DNA from: Nannocystis bainbridge
GTDB lineage: Bacteria; Myxococcota_A; Polyangia; Nannocystales; Nannocystaceae
Length of the DNA: 64,000 nt
Direction: 5' to 3'
Assembly (NCBI RefSeq): GCF_028368995.1
Contig: NZ_JAQNDL010000004.1
Coordinates: 320,001-384,000, forward strand
In this document: positions 21,336 through 32,913 of the stretch, one piece after another
Numbering within the stretch: position 1 is the stretch's first letter
Layout of the letters: the number at the start of each line of letters is the position of its first letter
Notes under the pieces: generated by a model
Told to the model about the DNA's origin: nothing
Seen by the model: only the letters and a program-made list of their open reading frames with translations
The model's database searches: none
Position numbers and translations under genes: made by a program

Positions 21336-23696
21336 ATGTCTCGCCCTCGTAAACCCGAACGCTCCGCGCCGCGCAAACCCACCCCGAGCCGCCGCGACGA
21401 GACCCGCGGGCCGGCGTCGCGCGAGGCTCCGCCGGTGCCGAGCGTGCCGGGCAGCGAGGCGGACGCGGCAGTGAAGGCGGGAGCGAGCGACGAGCCGCGC
21501 GAGACGACGCCACGCGAGGCTCCGCCGGCGCCGAGCGTGCCGGATCGCGCGGCGGGCGAGGCGAGCGCGACCGACGAGACGCCGGCAGCGGTCGAGGCGG
21601 CCGCGGACGCGGTGACGGGCGAGCGCGGGGCGAGCGCGACGCCTGAACTTCAGGACATGCCCGATCGACCCGGTATCGAAGGTCAGGCGCTTCAAGACAT
21701 GTCGCAAGAGACAGCTGTTTCCGTGGACGCACCGAGCCCGCTGGGCGACCTCGACTATCACCTGCTGGCCGAGGGCACGCACCTGCGGCTGTGGGAGTGC
21801 ATGGGGGCGCGGCTGGCCCCCGGCGGGGAGGGCACGCACTTCGCGGTGTGGGCCCCGAACGCGCGGGCGGTCAGCGTGATCGGCGGGTGGAACGGGTGGG
21901 ACGGCGAGCGCGACCCGCTGCACGCGGCGCGCGGCGGGGTGTGGACCGGGTTCGTGCCGGCGGCCCGGCGCGGGATGCTCTACAAGTTCCGCATCGTCGG
22001 CGCCGACGGGCAGGTCCACGACAAGGCCGACCCGCACGCGCTGATGAGCGAGGTGCCGCCGGCGACGGCGTCGGTGATCTGGGACCACGCGTACGAGTGG
22101 GGCGACGCGAGCTGGCTGGCGCGCCGGGCCGAGCGGCAGGGGCCGTCGGCGCCGATGTCGATCTACGAGGTGCACCTGGGCTCGTGGCTGCGCGGGCCGG
22201 GCGGCGAACACCTGTCGTATCGAGCGATCGCGCCGAAGCTTATCGCCCACGTGCGCGCGCTCGGGTTCACCCACGTCGAGCTGATGCCGCTGACGGAGCA
22301 CCCGTTCTACGGCTCGTGGGGCTACCAGGCGACCGGTTACTTCGCGCCGACGCGCCGCTACGGCGAGCCGCAGGAGCTGATGGCGCTGATCGACGCGCTG
22401 CATCAGGCGGGCATCGGCGTGATCCTCGACTGGGTGCCGGCGCACTTCCCCAACGACGGGCACGGGCTGGTCCACTTCGACGGCACGCACCTTTACGAGC
22501 ACGCCGACCCACGCCGCGGGGTCCACCCGGACTGGAACACGCTGATCTTCAACCTGGCGCGCCACGAGGTGCGGGCGTTCCTCCTCAGCTCGGCGATGAT
22601 GTGGCTGCAGGCGTTCCACGTCGACGGGCTGCGGGTCGACGCGGTGGCGTCGATGCTGTACCTCGACTACTCGCGCAAGGAGGGCCAGTGGCTGCCGAAC
22701 CACCTCGGCGGGCGCGAGAACCTCGAGTCGATCGAGTTCCTGCGCGCGCTCAACCAGGCGATCCACCGCGAGGTGCCAGGGGCGGTCTCGATCGCGGAGG
22801 AGTCGACGGCCTGGCCAGGGGTGTCGCACAGGGTCGAGGACGGCGGGCTCGGGTTCGACTTCAAGTGGGACATGGGCTGGATGCACGACACGCTGCGCTA
22901 CTTCGGGCGCGACCCGGTGACGCGCTCGCAGCACCACCGCGACGTCACGTTCCGCATGATGTACGCGTACTCGGAGCGGTTCATGCTGCCGCTGTCCCAC
23001 GACGAGGTGGTCCACGGCAAGGGCTCGCTGGTCCGTAAGATGTCCCCGGGGACAGGTGGCTCGGCGGCCCGGCTGGCCAATCTGCGCCTGCTCTACGCGT
23101 ACATGTTCGGGCTGCCGGGCAAGAAGCTGCTGTTCATGGGCGACGAGCTGGCCCAGGTGCGCGAGTGGAACCACGACGGGCAGCTCGACTGGGGCCTGCT
23201 GGCCGACGCCGACCACGCGGGGCTGATGCGGTGGGTCGGTCGCCTCGGCCACCTGCTGCGCGCCGAGCCGGGCCTCCACGAGCTCGACCACGACCCGCTG
23301 GGGTTCCGCTGGGCTGTGGTCGAGGACTACCAGCGCAGCACGCTGGCGTTCCTCCGCCGACCGCGGCAAGGCGCGGTGATCCTTGTGATCCTGAACTTCA
23401 CGCCGATGACGTGGACGAACTACACGGTGCCGTTCGAGGCGCCGGGCGAGTGGGTGCGGATGATGTCGTCCGACGAGGGGCAGTTCGGCGGGGCCGGTCA
23501 CGCGGGGCCAGAGCGGCTGATCGCGGACCACTCGGCCGGCGGGGCGCTGCCGTGCGCGGCGACGCTGGACTTGCCGCCGCTGACTGCCCTGATCTACCGC
23601 GGGCCAGAGGTAAAGGCGTACGACGCGGCGGCGCTCGAGCTGCGCGAGGCGCTGGCGGCCGAGGCCGAGGCGGCCCGCACGGACGCGGCGAGCTGA
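21336..23696 (+). CDS. glgB: 1,4-alpha-glucan branching enzyme with a low-complexity N-terminal extension of about 125 aa
   Basis: FAVWAPNA, YEVHLGSW, SWGYQ, DWVPAHF, DGLRVDAVASM, AEES, LSHDEVVHGK. Confidence 0.97.
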   Translation: MSRPRKPERSAPRKPTPSRRDETRGPASREAPPVPSVPGSEADAAVKAGASDEPRETTPREAPPAPSVPDRAAGEASATDETPAAVEAAADAVTGERGASATPELQDMPDRPGIEGQALQDMSQETAVSVDAPSPLGDLDYHLLAEGTHLRLWECMGARLAPGGEGTHFAVWAPNARAVSVIGGWNGWDGERDPLHAARGGVWTGFVPAARRGMLYKFRIVGADGQVHDKADPHALMSEVPPATASVIWDHAYEWGDASWLARRAERQGPSAPMSIYEVHLGSWLRGPGGEHLSYRAIAPKLIAHVRALGFTHVELMPLTEHPFYGSWGYQATGYFAPTRRYGEPQELMALIDALHQAGIGVILDWVPAHFPNDGHGLVHFDGTHLYEHADPRRGVHPDWNTLIFNLARHEVRAFLLSSAMMWLQAFHVDGLRVDAVASMLYLDYSRKEGQWLPNHLGGRENLESIEFLRALNQAIHREVPGAVSIAEESTAWPGVSHRVEDGGLGFDFKWDMGWMHDTLRYFGRDPVTRSQHHRDVTFRMMYAYSERFMLPLSHDEVVHGKGSLVRKMSPGTGGSAARLANLRLLYAYMFGLPGKKLLFMGDELAQVREWNHDGQLDWGLLADADHAGLMRWVGRLGHLLRAEPGLHELDHDPLGFRWAVVEDYQRSTLAFLRRPRQGAVILVILNFTPMTWTNYTVPFEAPGEWVRMMSSDEGQFGGAGHAGPERLIADHSAGGALPCAATLDLPPLTALIYRGPEVKAYDAAALELREALAAEAEAARTDAAS
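21658..21713. repeat. 14-bp-phased array within the predicted glgB 5' extension
   Basis: gaca|tgcccgatcgaccc|ggtatcgaaggtca|ggcgcttcaagaca|tgtcgcaagagaca. Confidence 0.7.
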
Positions 23697-23712
23697 GGCT
23701 CGCGCGCCCGTA

Positions 23713-23776
23713 GGGTGCATGGGACATGTTCTGAGGGACATGTCCCATGGGGCATTTACACATGTCCTGAGAGACA
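23713..23776. repeat. 14-bp-phased palindrome array (3 units + 8-bp gap + 1 unit)
   Basis: gggtgcatgggaca|tgttctgagggaca|tgtcccatggggca|tttacaca|tgtcctgagagaca. Confidence 0.88.
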
Positions 23777-23970
23777 TGTGCATGGCGCGCGCTGCGACGG
23801 GATGACGCGGCGCGGAGGCGCGACGTGGTGATGCGGTGCCGCGCCGCGCGAGTTCGGACCGAGCGGCAGGGCAGCGATCGGGCGCGGGCCGTGATCGTGG
23901 TCAATCGGTGTTCTGGGCCGTCGGAGGGGAGTTGCGTGTCGGACTTCGGGTTCGGGTATGGTTCGCGACC

Positions 23971-25359
23971 ATGCGCGCCGCTCGTCGTTGCCTCCCGCTC
24001 GCCGCGTTCGTCCTCGCCTGTCAGCCCACGGGCGCCGGGACGGACAGCGACGACGCGACGACGATGAGCCCTTCGACGTCGTTCGGCGGGAGCTTCACGA
24101 CCACCGAGGCGACGCCGACGACAGGGACGGAGACGGGCGCGACGACCAGCTCGAGCGAGGGGAGCTCGGAAGCGGGGACGGAGTCGGAGACTTCGGGGCC
24201 CGACACAGCCACGGGCGAGCCGGGGCTGTCGGAGGACGAGGCGCTGCTTCGTCAGGCGATCGCCGGCGAGGTCGACGCCGAGGAGGCGATGCGCACGATC
24301 GCCGGCCGCGGCGGCTTCCCGGTGGCGGCGGCGTCGGGCGGGTTTCTGTTCGCCTGTCTCTGCGGACAGGGCGCGTGGACGCTGGCCGGCGATCACGACG
24401 ACTGGGCGCCGGCGCCGATGAGCCAGGCGGGGTCGCTGTGGTGGATCGAGGCCGACATCGCCGCGCCGGACGGCAGCCTCTATAAATTTCACGAGCCGGA
24501 CTCGGCGCAGTGGATCGCCGATCCGTACGGGCGCCGCCACGGCTACGACGATTTCGGGACGTTCTCGCTGGTGCGCGCGAGCGCGGCCCACCTCGAGCGC
24601 TGGTATGCGATCGAGGACGCGGGCCTCGGGCTGGCGCCGCGCGAGCTCGAGGTGCTGGTGCCGCAGGACGGGGCGTTCACGCATGCGCTGTACGTGCACG
24701 ACGGGCAGAACCTGTTCGACCCGGGGGCTTTCTTCGGCGGCTGGCAGCTGCCCGCGAGCGCGCCGCCGAACATGCTCGTGGTCGGGATCACCAACACGCC
24801 GGCGCGCATGGACGAGTACACGCAGGTGCCCGACGAGCTCGACGGTCAGCCGATCGGCGGCGACGGGGCGGTCTACGCGGAGCTCGTCGACTCCGTCATC
24901 CGGCCGCGCATGGAGGCGGCGTACGGGCCGGCGGTGAAGGTGGGGACGATGGGCTCGTCGCTCGGGGGGCTCATCAGCCTGGTGATCGCGGACCTGTACC
25001 CGGACCGCTACGACATGGCGATCAGCCTGTCGGGCACGGTCGGCTGGGGCTCGCTCGAGCTGCACAACGAGACGATCCTCGAGACGTACGAGGCCGCAGG
25101 CAAGCGCGGCTTCGCGATCTACGTCGACAGCGGCGGCGAGGGCACGTGCGTCGACGCCGACCAGGACGGGATCGAGGACGACGCGCCCGACTCGTTCGAC
25201 AACTACTGCGAGAACGCGCAGCTCTACGCGATCTTGCAGGCGAGCGGCTACACGCCCGAGGTCGACGTGTTCTACGTGCACGCGCCGGGGGCGATGCATA
25301 ACGAGCTCGAGTGGGCGGCGCGCGTGGGCGTGCCGCTGCAGATCTTCGCAGGGCTGTGA
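23971..25359 (+). CDS. Lipoprotein esterase (alpha/beta hydrolase) with CBM48/glycogen-binding-like domain
   Basis: VLAC lipobox; Thr/Ser linker; LAGDHDDW..PM...W...YKF...WIADP; YVHDGQNLF, GSSLGG, YVDSG, HNELEWAAR. Confidence 0.88.
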   Translation: MRAARRCLPLAAFVLACQPTGAGTDSDDATTMSPSTSFGGSFTTTEATPTTGTETGATTSSSEGSSEAGTESETSGPDTATGEPGLSEDEALLRQAIAGEVDAEEAMRTIAGRGGFPVAAASGGFLFACLCGQGAWTLAGDHDDWAPAPMSQAGSLWWIEADIAAPDGSLYKFHEPDSAQWIADPYGRRHGYDDFGTFSLVRASAAHLERWYAIEDAGLGLAPRELEVLVPQDGAFTHALYVHDGQNLFDPGAFFGGWQLPASAPPNMLVVGITNTPARMDEYTQVPDELDGQPIGGDGAVYAELVDSVIRPRMEAAYGPAVKVGTMGSSLGGLISLVIADLYPDRYDMAISLSGTVGWGSLELHNETILETYEAAGKRGFAIYVDSGGEGTCVDADQDGIEDDAPDSFDNYCENAQLYAILQASGYTPEVDVFYVHAPGAMHNELEWAARVGVPLQIFAGL

Positions 25360-25375
25360 CGCGCGCCGGCGCGGC

Positions 25376-25995
25376 TCAGGCAGACCCGCAGCGCGGCAGG
25401 CAAGACTCGAGCTCCTCGCCGAACGCCGCCTTGCCGATGCAATCCAGCCGGACCACCTCGTCGGGCTTCTGCAGGCATTGCTCGAAGTCTGCCGCCGGCA
25501 GCAGCGCGCGATGGACGAGTCTGGTGGCCCAGAAGTCATCGACGGCCGCGCCGCTGTTCTCGAACACGGTGCCGTCCGCTTGCACGTAGAGGAAGATCCA
25601 CCGCTTCGTGTCGTCCGTAGCGGATGAATCACCCGGATCTGCCCCGGCGTGTGGTCGCGCAGGGCCTTCAGCGCGCACTCCAGCGCTGCGGGGTTCTCCA
25701 CGACGGACGCTTCCTTCTCGCCAATGACGAGGATGTCGTCGCACGCGATGGTCGCTTCGCACACCACCTCGGTGATCTTCGCCCCGCAACTCTCGTCGAG
25801 GGCGAAGCAGCAACAATCGCTCGCTGGCTCGTCGAGGGGGCACACCTCGCCGCCGGTCGATGTCGGTTCCGTAGTCTCGGCCGTGGTCTCGGCCGTGGTC
25901 GTCGGGGCGTCCATGGTCTCCGCTTTACCGGGAGCACACGCCGCGCAGAGCAGGAGGAGCAGGCCACACCGAGGATGGATCGTTAAGCAAGTCAT
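25376..25995 (-). pseudogene. Frameshifted Cys-rich lipoprotein
   Basis: 5' half MTCLTIHPRCGLLLLLCAAC...ALECALKALRDHTPGQIRV is in one frame; 3' half ATDDTKRWIFLYVQADGTVF...AADFEQCL...CGSA is in another; switch near 25615-25635. Confidence 0.7.
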
Positions 25996-26030
25996 GCGCC
26001 GAGCGCAGCATGCTGGCGGCTCTCTGCGCA

Positions 26031-26076
26031 TGTCCTCATGGACATGTTCTCATGGACAGCTTTGTAAAGCTGTCCG
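26031..26076. repeat. Two 14-bp units plus overlapping hairpin
   Basis: tgtcctcatggaca|tgttctcatggaca; ggacagcttt-gt-aaagctgtcc hairpin. Confidence 0.8.
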
Positions 26077-26113
26077 CTGGAGCGCGTCGATCGGTGTGAA
26101 CCCGATGGCCGAA

Positions 26114-26347
26114 TCAGCGCAGGTCGAGCTCGACGTCGACGCCCTTCTGGCGGCAGGCGGCGAGGATCTCCTCGGTCAGCTGATCGGTGTCACGGTTGTC
26201 GCCGGGCGGGAGGGCCAGGACCACGCGCGGGCGCTGGGCCTCGAGCGCCGCCATGCGTTCGCGGTGCTCGAGGAAGCGGGAGAAGCCGGCGTAGGCGACG
26301 CCCCCGAGCACGGCGACGAGCACCACCAGCGCGAGCAGGATCGGCAT
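26114..26347 (-). CDS. Small single-pass membrane protein
   Basis: Hydrophobic N-terminus followed by HRERMAALEA; GC3-rich codons. Confidence 0.65.
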   Translation of the reverse strand: MPILLALVVLVAVLGGVAYAGFSRFLEHRERMAALEAQRPRVVLALPPGDNRDTDQLTEEILAACRQKGVDVELDLR

Positions 26348-26380
26348 GTCGGTCCAGGATAGCGCGGTGGCGGGCGGGCG

Positions 26381-27949
<1,569 letters not shown>

Positions 27950-28123
27950 AGAGGCGCAAACGGTACGCCGAGCGCGGCCCCACCGACAAGCCGGCGGGCG
28001 GCGCGTTCGATCACGCGTGCGCGCGGGTGAGGCCGCAGGGGGCATGCAGCGGGAGGTCGGAGTGCTCGAGCACACCGACCTCCGTCACATCGTCGCGACG
28101 CGGGGCAGGGCCCGCGCCGGCGG

Positions 28124-30064
28124 TCACGCCTGGGCGCGACCGAGGCTGCGAGGATCGGTGAGGCGACCGGTGACGGCCGAGGCGGCGGCGACGGCCGGCG
28201 ACACCAGGTAGACCGGACCGGGCGCGCCCATGCGGCGATCGAAGTTGCGGTTGGTCGTGCTCGCGGTGGTCTCGCCCTCGAGCGGGATCCCCGGACCGTT
28301 GCCGATGCACGAGCCGCAGCCCGGCGCGGTCACCACGGCCCCGAGCTCGCGGAACAGCCCGAGCAGGCCCTCCTGCTCGGCCGAGGCGCTGACCTCGGCG
28401 CTCGACGGCGTGACGGTGACGCGGACCTTCGGCGCGAGGGTGCGGCCGCGCAGGACTTCGGCGGCGGCGCGCAGGTCGGCGAGCGAGCCGCCGGTGCACG
28501 AGGCGATGACGACGTTGTGGATCGGCACGTCGACGACGTCGGCCAGAGCGGCGCGGTTGCGCGAGTCACCGGGGGTGGCGACGGTGAGCGGGACCTCGGC
28601 GAGGTCGATGGTGATGGTGCGTACGTACTCGGCGCCCTCGTCGGGCTCGACGAACATCGCGTCGGTGTCGACGCCGGGCCGGCGGTCGCGCAGGAACTCG
28701 CGCACGGGCGCGCACGGCTCGACCACGCCGGTCATCAGGCCGCCCTCGACGGTCATGTTGGTGAGCACGCTGAGCTCGTCGACGTTCCACTGATCGAGGC
28801 CGGGGCCGCCGATCTGGATCACGCAGGTGTCGGTGGCCGAGGTGCGCCACTGCTCCTCGCGGAAGTACGGGTCGCCGATGATGTGGAGGATGAGGTCCTT
28901 CGGCGAGACGACGCCGCGGGCGTCGCCGGTGACCCAGATCCGCACGGTCTTCGGCACGGTGACCGGGACCAGGCCGGTGCGCAGCGCGAAGGCCATGGCC
29001 GTCGAGCCGACGCCGAACGCGAAGGCGTTGAGCACGCCGGCGGTCGGGGTGTGCGAGTCGGTGAGGATGATGATGGTGCCGGGGTTGCCGTACTGCTCGA
29101 CGACGATGCGGTGGCACACGCCGGCGTCGTACTTCTGGCCGGGCCCGTGGATCCGGATGCCGTTCTTGAGGCTGGCGCTGACCATCTCGTCGCGCAGCTG
29201 GCGGGCCGAGTCGAGCCGCTGCTTCTTGACGCGCAGCGGGACCGTCGGCTGATCGATGAGGACGAAGTGGTCCTCGAAGGCGGCCGCGAGCTCGGGGTTC
29301 TTGATCGGCGTGGTGCCCCACTCCTGCTCGTAGAGGGCCATCACCATGCCGCCGGTGTACTCGTGCACGCCGCGGAAGCCGACCGCGCACAGCACCTGAT
29401 CGCCCGGCTTGACGGCGGCGATGCCGAAGCGCTCGCCGCCGGTCCAGGTGCGCGCGGCGATGATCTTCTCGGTGCAGTTGAGCGGGCGCGCGGGGGCGTC
29501 GGTGCGGTACTCGGGCTCGATCTCGCCGGCCAGCAGGCGGCTGCCGTAGTGCAGCAGGCCGCCGTTTTGCACGACAGCGCGGAAGAACGGCGGCAGCTCG
29601 GCCGCGAGGCCGCCGAGGTCGACGTCCTCACCGGCCTGCAGGCGGCCGACCACCCCGAAATCGGTGGTGAACGGCAGGCCGCTGTAGACCATGTTCTCCT
29701 GGAAGATCCGCTGGAAGCTGCGGGCCACCACGAGCTCGATGCCGGCGCCCTGGTGGGCGACCACCGCGACCTCGCGGCTCGAGCCGGAGCCGTAGGCGTC
29801 GCCGCCGACGACGACCTGGAAGCCGCCGTCCTTGACGCTGTCCTTTTGGACCTGCTCCTTGAAGTTCTCGAGGAAGTAAGGACCGAGGATGTCGCCGGTG
29901 TAGCCGAGCGTGCAGGCCGCGCCGCTGATCATCAAGTCGGTGTTGACGCCGTAGTGGAGCGGCGGAGCGGCGTCTGCGCGGGCGTCGAGATCCGTGCCCG
30001 TCAGCTGCTGCGCGATGCCCTGCGCGTCGTCGGTGAGCCAGAGGATCCTGCCGCGAAGCTTCAT
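28124..30064 (-). CDS. Aconitase/isopropylmalate isomerase family hydro-lyase, swivel domain fused at the N-terminus
   Basis: N-terminal NTDLMI...GSGSSRE...SFQRIF (LeuD-like); C-terminal DHF, TDSHT, ASCTGG, CGSCIG, TNRNFDRRMG, LVSP (LeuC-like). Confidence 0.9.
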   Translation of the reverse strand: MKLRGRILWLTDDAQGIAQQLTGTDLDARADAAPPLHYGVNTDLMISGAACTLGYTGDILGPYFLENFKEQVQKDSVKDGGFQVVVGGDAYGSGSSREVAVVAHQGAGIELVVARSFQRIFQENMVYSGLPFTTDFGVVGRLQAGEDVDLGGLAAELPPFFRAVVQNGGLLHYGSRLLAGEIEPEYRTDAPARPLNCTEKIIAARTWTGGERFGIAAVKPGDQVLCAVGFRGVHEYTGGMVMALYEQEWGTTPIKNPELAAAFEDHFVLIDQPTVPLRVKKQRLDSARQLRDEMVSASLKNGIRIHGPGQKYDAGVCHRIVVEQYGNPGTIIILTDSHTPTAGVLNAFAFGVGSTAMAFALRTGLVPVTVPKTVRIWVTGDARGVVSPKDLILHIIGDPYFREEQWRTSATDTCVIQIGGPGLDQWNVDELSVLTNMTVEGGLMTGVVEPCAPVREFLRDRRPGVDTDAMFVEPDEGAEYVRTITIDLAEVPLTVATPGDSRNRAALADVVDVPIHNVVIASCTGGSLADLRAAAEVLRGRTLAPKVRVTVTPSSAEVSASAEQEGLLGLFRELGAVVTAPGCGSCIGNGPGIPLEGETTASTTNRNFDRRMGAPGPVYLVSPAVAAASAVTGRLTDPRSLGRAQA

Positions 30065-30199
30065 GCGAAGTTCGGTTTAACACCCGTGCGCAGGCTTCGG
30101 AAGGTAAAGAGGGGAGTCGGCGGGCCGGCGTGACGTGGCTCAGCTCACCGGTGCTCCGCCGGATGGCCGGCCCAGTGCGGTGGAGTATGTTCGCGGCGC

Positions 30200-31111
30200 A
30201 TGTTCTTGCGCACGGCCCTTCGCTCCCTCTCGCTGACCGCGCTGGTCTCCACGACTGTTCTTCCAGGTTGCGCCTCCAAGCCGGCGACGTCGGCGGAGAC
30301 TCCGGCCCCCGGCGGCGAGGATCCCGCAGGCGCGGCGGCCCGTGACGCCGATCCCGCGACGGTGGAGGCGCTCAAGGCCGCCATCGCCGGCCCGCAGCGC
30401 TCGGCTGAAAACCGCGCCCGCGACGTGTACCGCCACCCGCTCGAGACGCTGCTGTTCTTCGGCCTCAAGAAGGACCAGACGGTGGTCGAGCTGTGGCCCG
30501 GCGGCGGCGGGTGGTTCACCGAGGTGCTGGCGCCGACCCTGCGCGACAGCGGCAAGCTCATCGTCACCAACTTCGACCCCAACGGCCCGGCCGACGCCTA
30601 CCAGACCCGCAACGGCAAGAAGTTCCTGGAGAAGCTGGCCAGCGCGCCGGAGGTCTACGACAAGGTCGAGGTCGTGACGGTGACCGACCCGTCGGCGCTG
30701 GTGCTCGCGCCGGAGAACTCGGTCGACCTGGTGGTCACGTTCCGCAACACCCACGGGTGGGTCGAGAACGGCATCGACGCGGCGGTCTACAGCGCGGCCT
30801 TCAAGGCACTCAAGCCCGGCGGCGTGCTCGGCGTCGAAGCCCACCGCGGCAAGCCGCAGCCGGTCGACGACCCGAAGAAGGTCGCCGAGACCGGATACCT
30901 GCCCGAGGACTGGGTGGTCGCCCGCGTCGAGTCGTTCGGCTTCAAGCTGCAGGCCCGCTCGGAGATCAACGCCAACCCGAAGGACACGAAGGACTACGAG
31001 AAGGGCGTGTGGACCCTGCCGCCGTCGTTCGAGCTCGGGGACAAGGACCGCGACAAGTACGCGGCGATCGGCGAGAGCGACCGCATGACGCTCAAGTTCG
31101 TCAAGCCGTAA
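30200..31111 (+). CDS. Class I SAM-dependent methyltransferase-like lipoprotein (COG4798-like)
   Basis: LPGC lipobox; RDVYRHPLETLLFFG, ELWPGGGGWFT, FRNTH, LKPGG, IGESDRMTLKF. Confidence 0.9.
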   Translation: MFLRTALRSLSLTALVSTTVLPGCASKPATSAETPAPGGEDPAGAAARDADPATVEALKAAIAGPQRSAENRARDVYRHPLETLLFFGLKKDQTVVELWPGGGGWFTEVLAPTLRDSGKLIVTNFDPNGPADAYQTRNGKKFLEKLASAPEVYDKVEVVTVTDPSALVLAPENSVDLVVTFRNTHGWVENGIDAAVYSAAFKALKPGGVLGVEAHRGKPQPVDDPKKVAETGYLPEDWVVARVESFGFKLQARSEINANPKDTKDYEKGVWTLPPSFELGDKDRDKYAAIGESDRMTLKFVKP

Positions 31112-31137
31112 GCGAGGCCCGTTCGCGGCCCAAAACA

Positions 31138-31168
31138 AAAGGACAGGTCCCTAGGGACCTGTCCTTTC
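31138..31168. terminator. Bidirectional intrinsic terminator-like hairpin built from the 14-bp motif
   Basis: aaaggacaggtcc-ctag-ggacctgtccttt between convergent genes, with A/T-rich flanks. Confidence 0.8.
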
Positions 31169-31185
31169 GTGCATCCCGGCGGGGC

Positions 31186-31515
31186 CTAGAGGACCGACTT
31201 GATGAAGTCGGCGATCTTGCCGCGGGTGCCGCCGCCGACCATGCGGTTGGCCAGCTTGCCGTCCTTGAACAGCAGCAGGGTGGGGATGTTGGTGACGCCG
31301 TACTCGACGGCGGTGTTCTGGTTGCGATCGACGTCGAGCTTGACGATCTTGACCTGCTCGCCGAGCTCGCCGGCCAGGGCGTCGAGGTGGGGCGCGATCG
31401 CGCGACACGGACCGCACCAGGTGGCCCAGAAGTCGACCAGGACCGGGGTCTGCGAGTCGAGGACGTCGTTCTTGAAGGTCTGGTCCGAGGTGTTGGTGAT
31501 TTTGTCGGATGCCAT
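31186..31515 (-). CDS. trxA: Thioredoxin
   Basis: [23 protein letters not shown]; 109 aa. Confidence 0.97.
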   Translation of the reverse strand: MASDKITNTSDQTFKNDVLDSQTPVLVDFWATWCGPCRAIAPHLDALAGELGEQVKIVKLDVDRNQNTAVEYGVTNIPTLLLFKDGKLANRMVGGGTRGKIADFIKSVL

Positions 31516-31711
31516 GGTGGTCGGGGCGGGTGAGTGCAGGCCAGAGGGCCGTGAAGCAGTCAGGCTTGGACGGGCTTGCAGCGGTTGAAGTGGGGGCCGC
31601 TCGCGGCGGCGGCGCGGCGCAACTGGCGTCGCCGCCGGCCAGAGCATGGTGCCGGGCCCGCGGCGGCGCAAGGGTTGTGAGGCCGCGCGGGCGCGGCTAC
31701 CCTGGCCGGGC

Positions 31712-32098
31712 ATGCCGCGGATCTTCGTCGCCCAGACCCTCGTCGACACATGGCTGTCGACCGGGACCGTGTCCCTCGAGCAGGACCTCCTGCGCGTGTC
31801 CGGTCCCCCGTCGGTCGATCTCTTCATCAACCCCGCGGTATGGTTCGAGCGCATCGACGGCGGCGAGGCCGATCCTCATGACGTCGTCGGGCGCGTGAAG
31901 ACGTCGCAAGAGCTGGCGCAGATGGGCGCCGACCACTACGAGAGCTCGGTCGTGATGGGCGACTACGCGTACACCGTGAAGCCGGGCTTCATCGCCACGG
32001 TGGTCGACGCCCGCGGCTCCGAGGTCCGCCTCGACGGGCCGACGTGGGGCCGGCTCATGCAACAGATCGAGGACCTCGGCGCGTCGTCCGACAGTTAG
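31712..32098 (+). CDS. Conserved-looking hypothetical protein
   Basis: [14 protein letters not shown]...PAVWF...[10 protein letters not shown]...[11 protein letters not shown]; GC3-rich; directly upstream of ccsA. Confidence 0.8.
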   Translation: MPRIFVAQTLVDTWLSTGTVSLEQDLLRVSGPPSVDLFINPAVWFERIDGGEADPHDVVGRVKTSQELAQMGADHYESSVVMGDYAYTVKPGFIATVVDARGSEVRLDGPTWGRLMQQIEDLGASSDS

Positions 32099-32103
32099 GC
32101 CCC

Positions 32104-32913
32104 ATGCTCGTCCTCTTCATCCTCGCTTCGCTCGCCTACGGGGCCGCGATCTTCGCGTACGCGCTCGACCCGCCCGCGAGCGAGGCGCGCGCAGATGCGC
32201 TGCATCGCGAGACGCGCGCGGGGATCTTGCTGGCGATCGCGGCGGCGCTGCACGTGGGTTGCATCGGCGCGCAATGCGTCGCCGGCGAGCACCCGTTCAG
32301 CTCGGTGTTCCTGGCGACCAGCTTCGGCGCGCTCATCGCGGTGGTCGGCGGCCTGGTGGTCGGACGGATCCGCCGGGCGGCGACGCTCGGCGCGATCGTG
32401 GCGCCGGTCGGGCTGCTCGGGCTCTCGATCGGCGTGATGTTCGGAGCGGCGAGCGTGCACGACCCGCTGCCGGCGCCGACCAGCGCGCTGGCGAAGGCGC
32501 ACATCGGCCTGGCGACGGCGGGCCTCGGCGGGTTCACGATCGCGGCGGGCATCGCCGCGCTTTACCTGACGATGGACCGGCGACTGCGGCTGAAACGCTG
32601 GAAGCCCCAGCCTGGCGGCCTGTCGCTCACCGGCCTCGAGCGCCTGCACTACCATGCTGTGATGCTGGTCGTGCCGGTGCTGACGCTGACGATCGTCACC
32701 GGGGTGCTGTGGACGGTCAAGTCGGGCGGCGTGGCGGCGATCGGCGGGCGCTGGATCGAGGTGGTGATGGCGGCGGCGGCGTGGCTGTGCGGCGCGGCGA
32801 TCCTGGTGATGCGCGCGACGATGGGGCTGCGCGGGCGCAAGTCGGCGCTGCTCACCCTGGCCGCGTTCGCGTGCACGCTGCTCGTGCTGGTCTGGTACGG
32901 GGTGCGGGCATGA
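32104..32913 (+). CDS. ccsA: Cytochrome c assembly (CcsA/HemX-like) membrane protein
   Basis: Multiple TM helices; AHIGLA, SLTGLERL, TGVLW, GLRGRK; translationally coupled to hemA. Confidence 0.8.
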   Translation: MLVLFILASLAYGAAIFAYALDPPASEARADALHRETRAGILLAIAAALHVGCIGAQCVAGEHPFSSVFLATSFGALIAVVGGLVVGRIRRAATLGAIVAPVGLLGLSIGVMFGAASVHDPLPAPTSALAKAHIGLATAGLGGFTIAAGIAALYLTMDRRLRLKRWKPQPGGLSLTGLERLHYHAVMLVVPVLTLTIVTGVLWTVKSGGVAAIGGRWIEVVMAAAAWLCGAAILVMRATMGLRGRKSALLTLAAFACTLLVLVWYGVRA

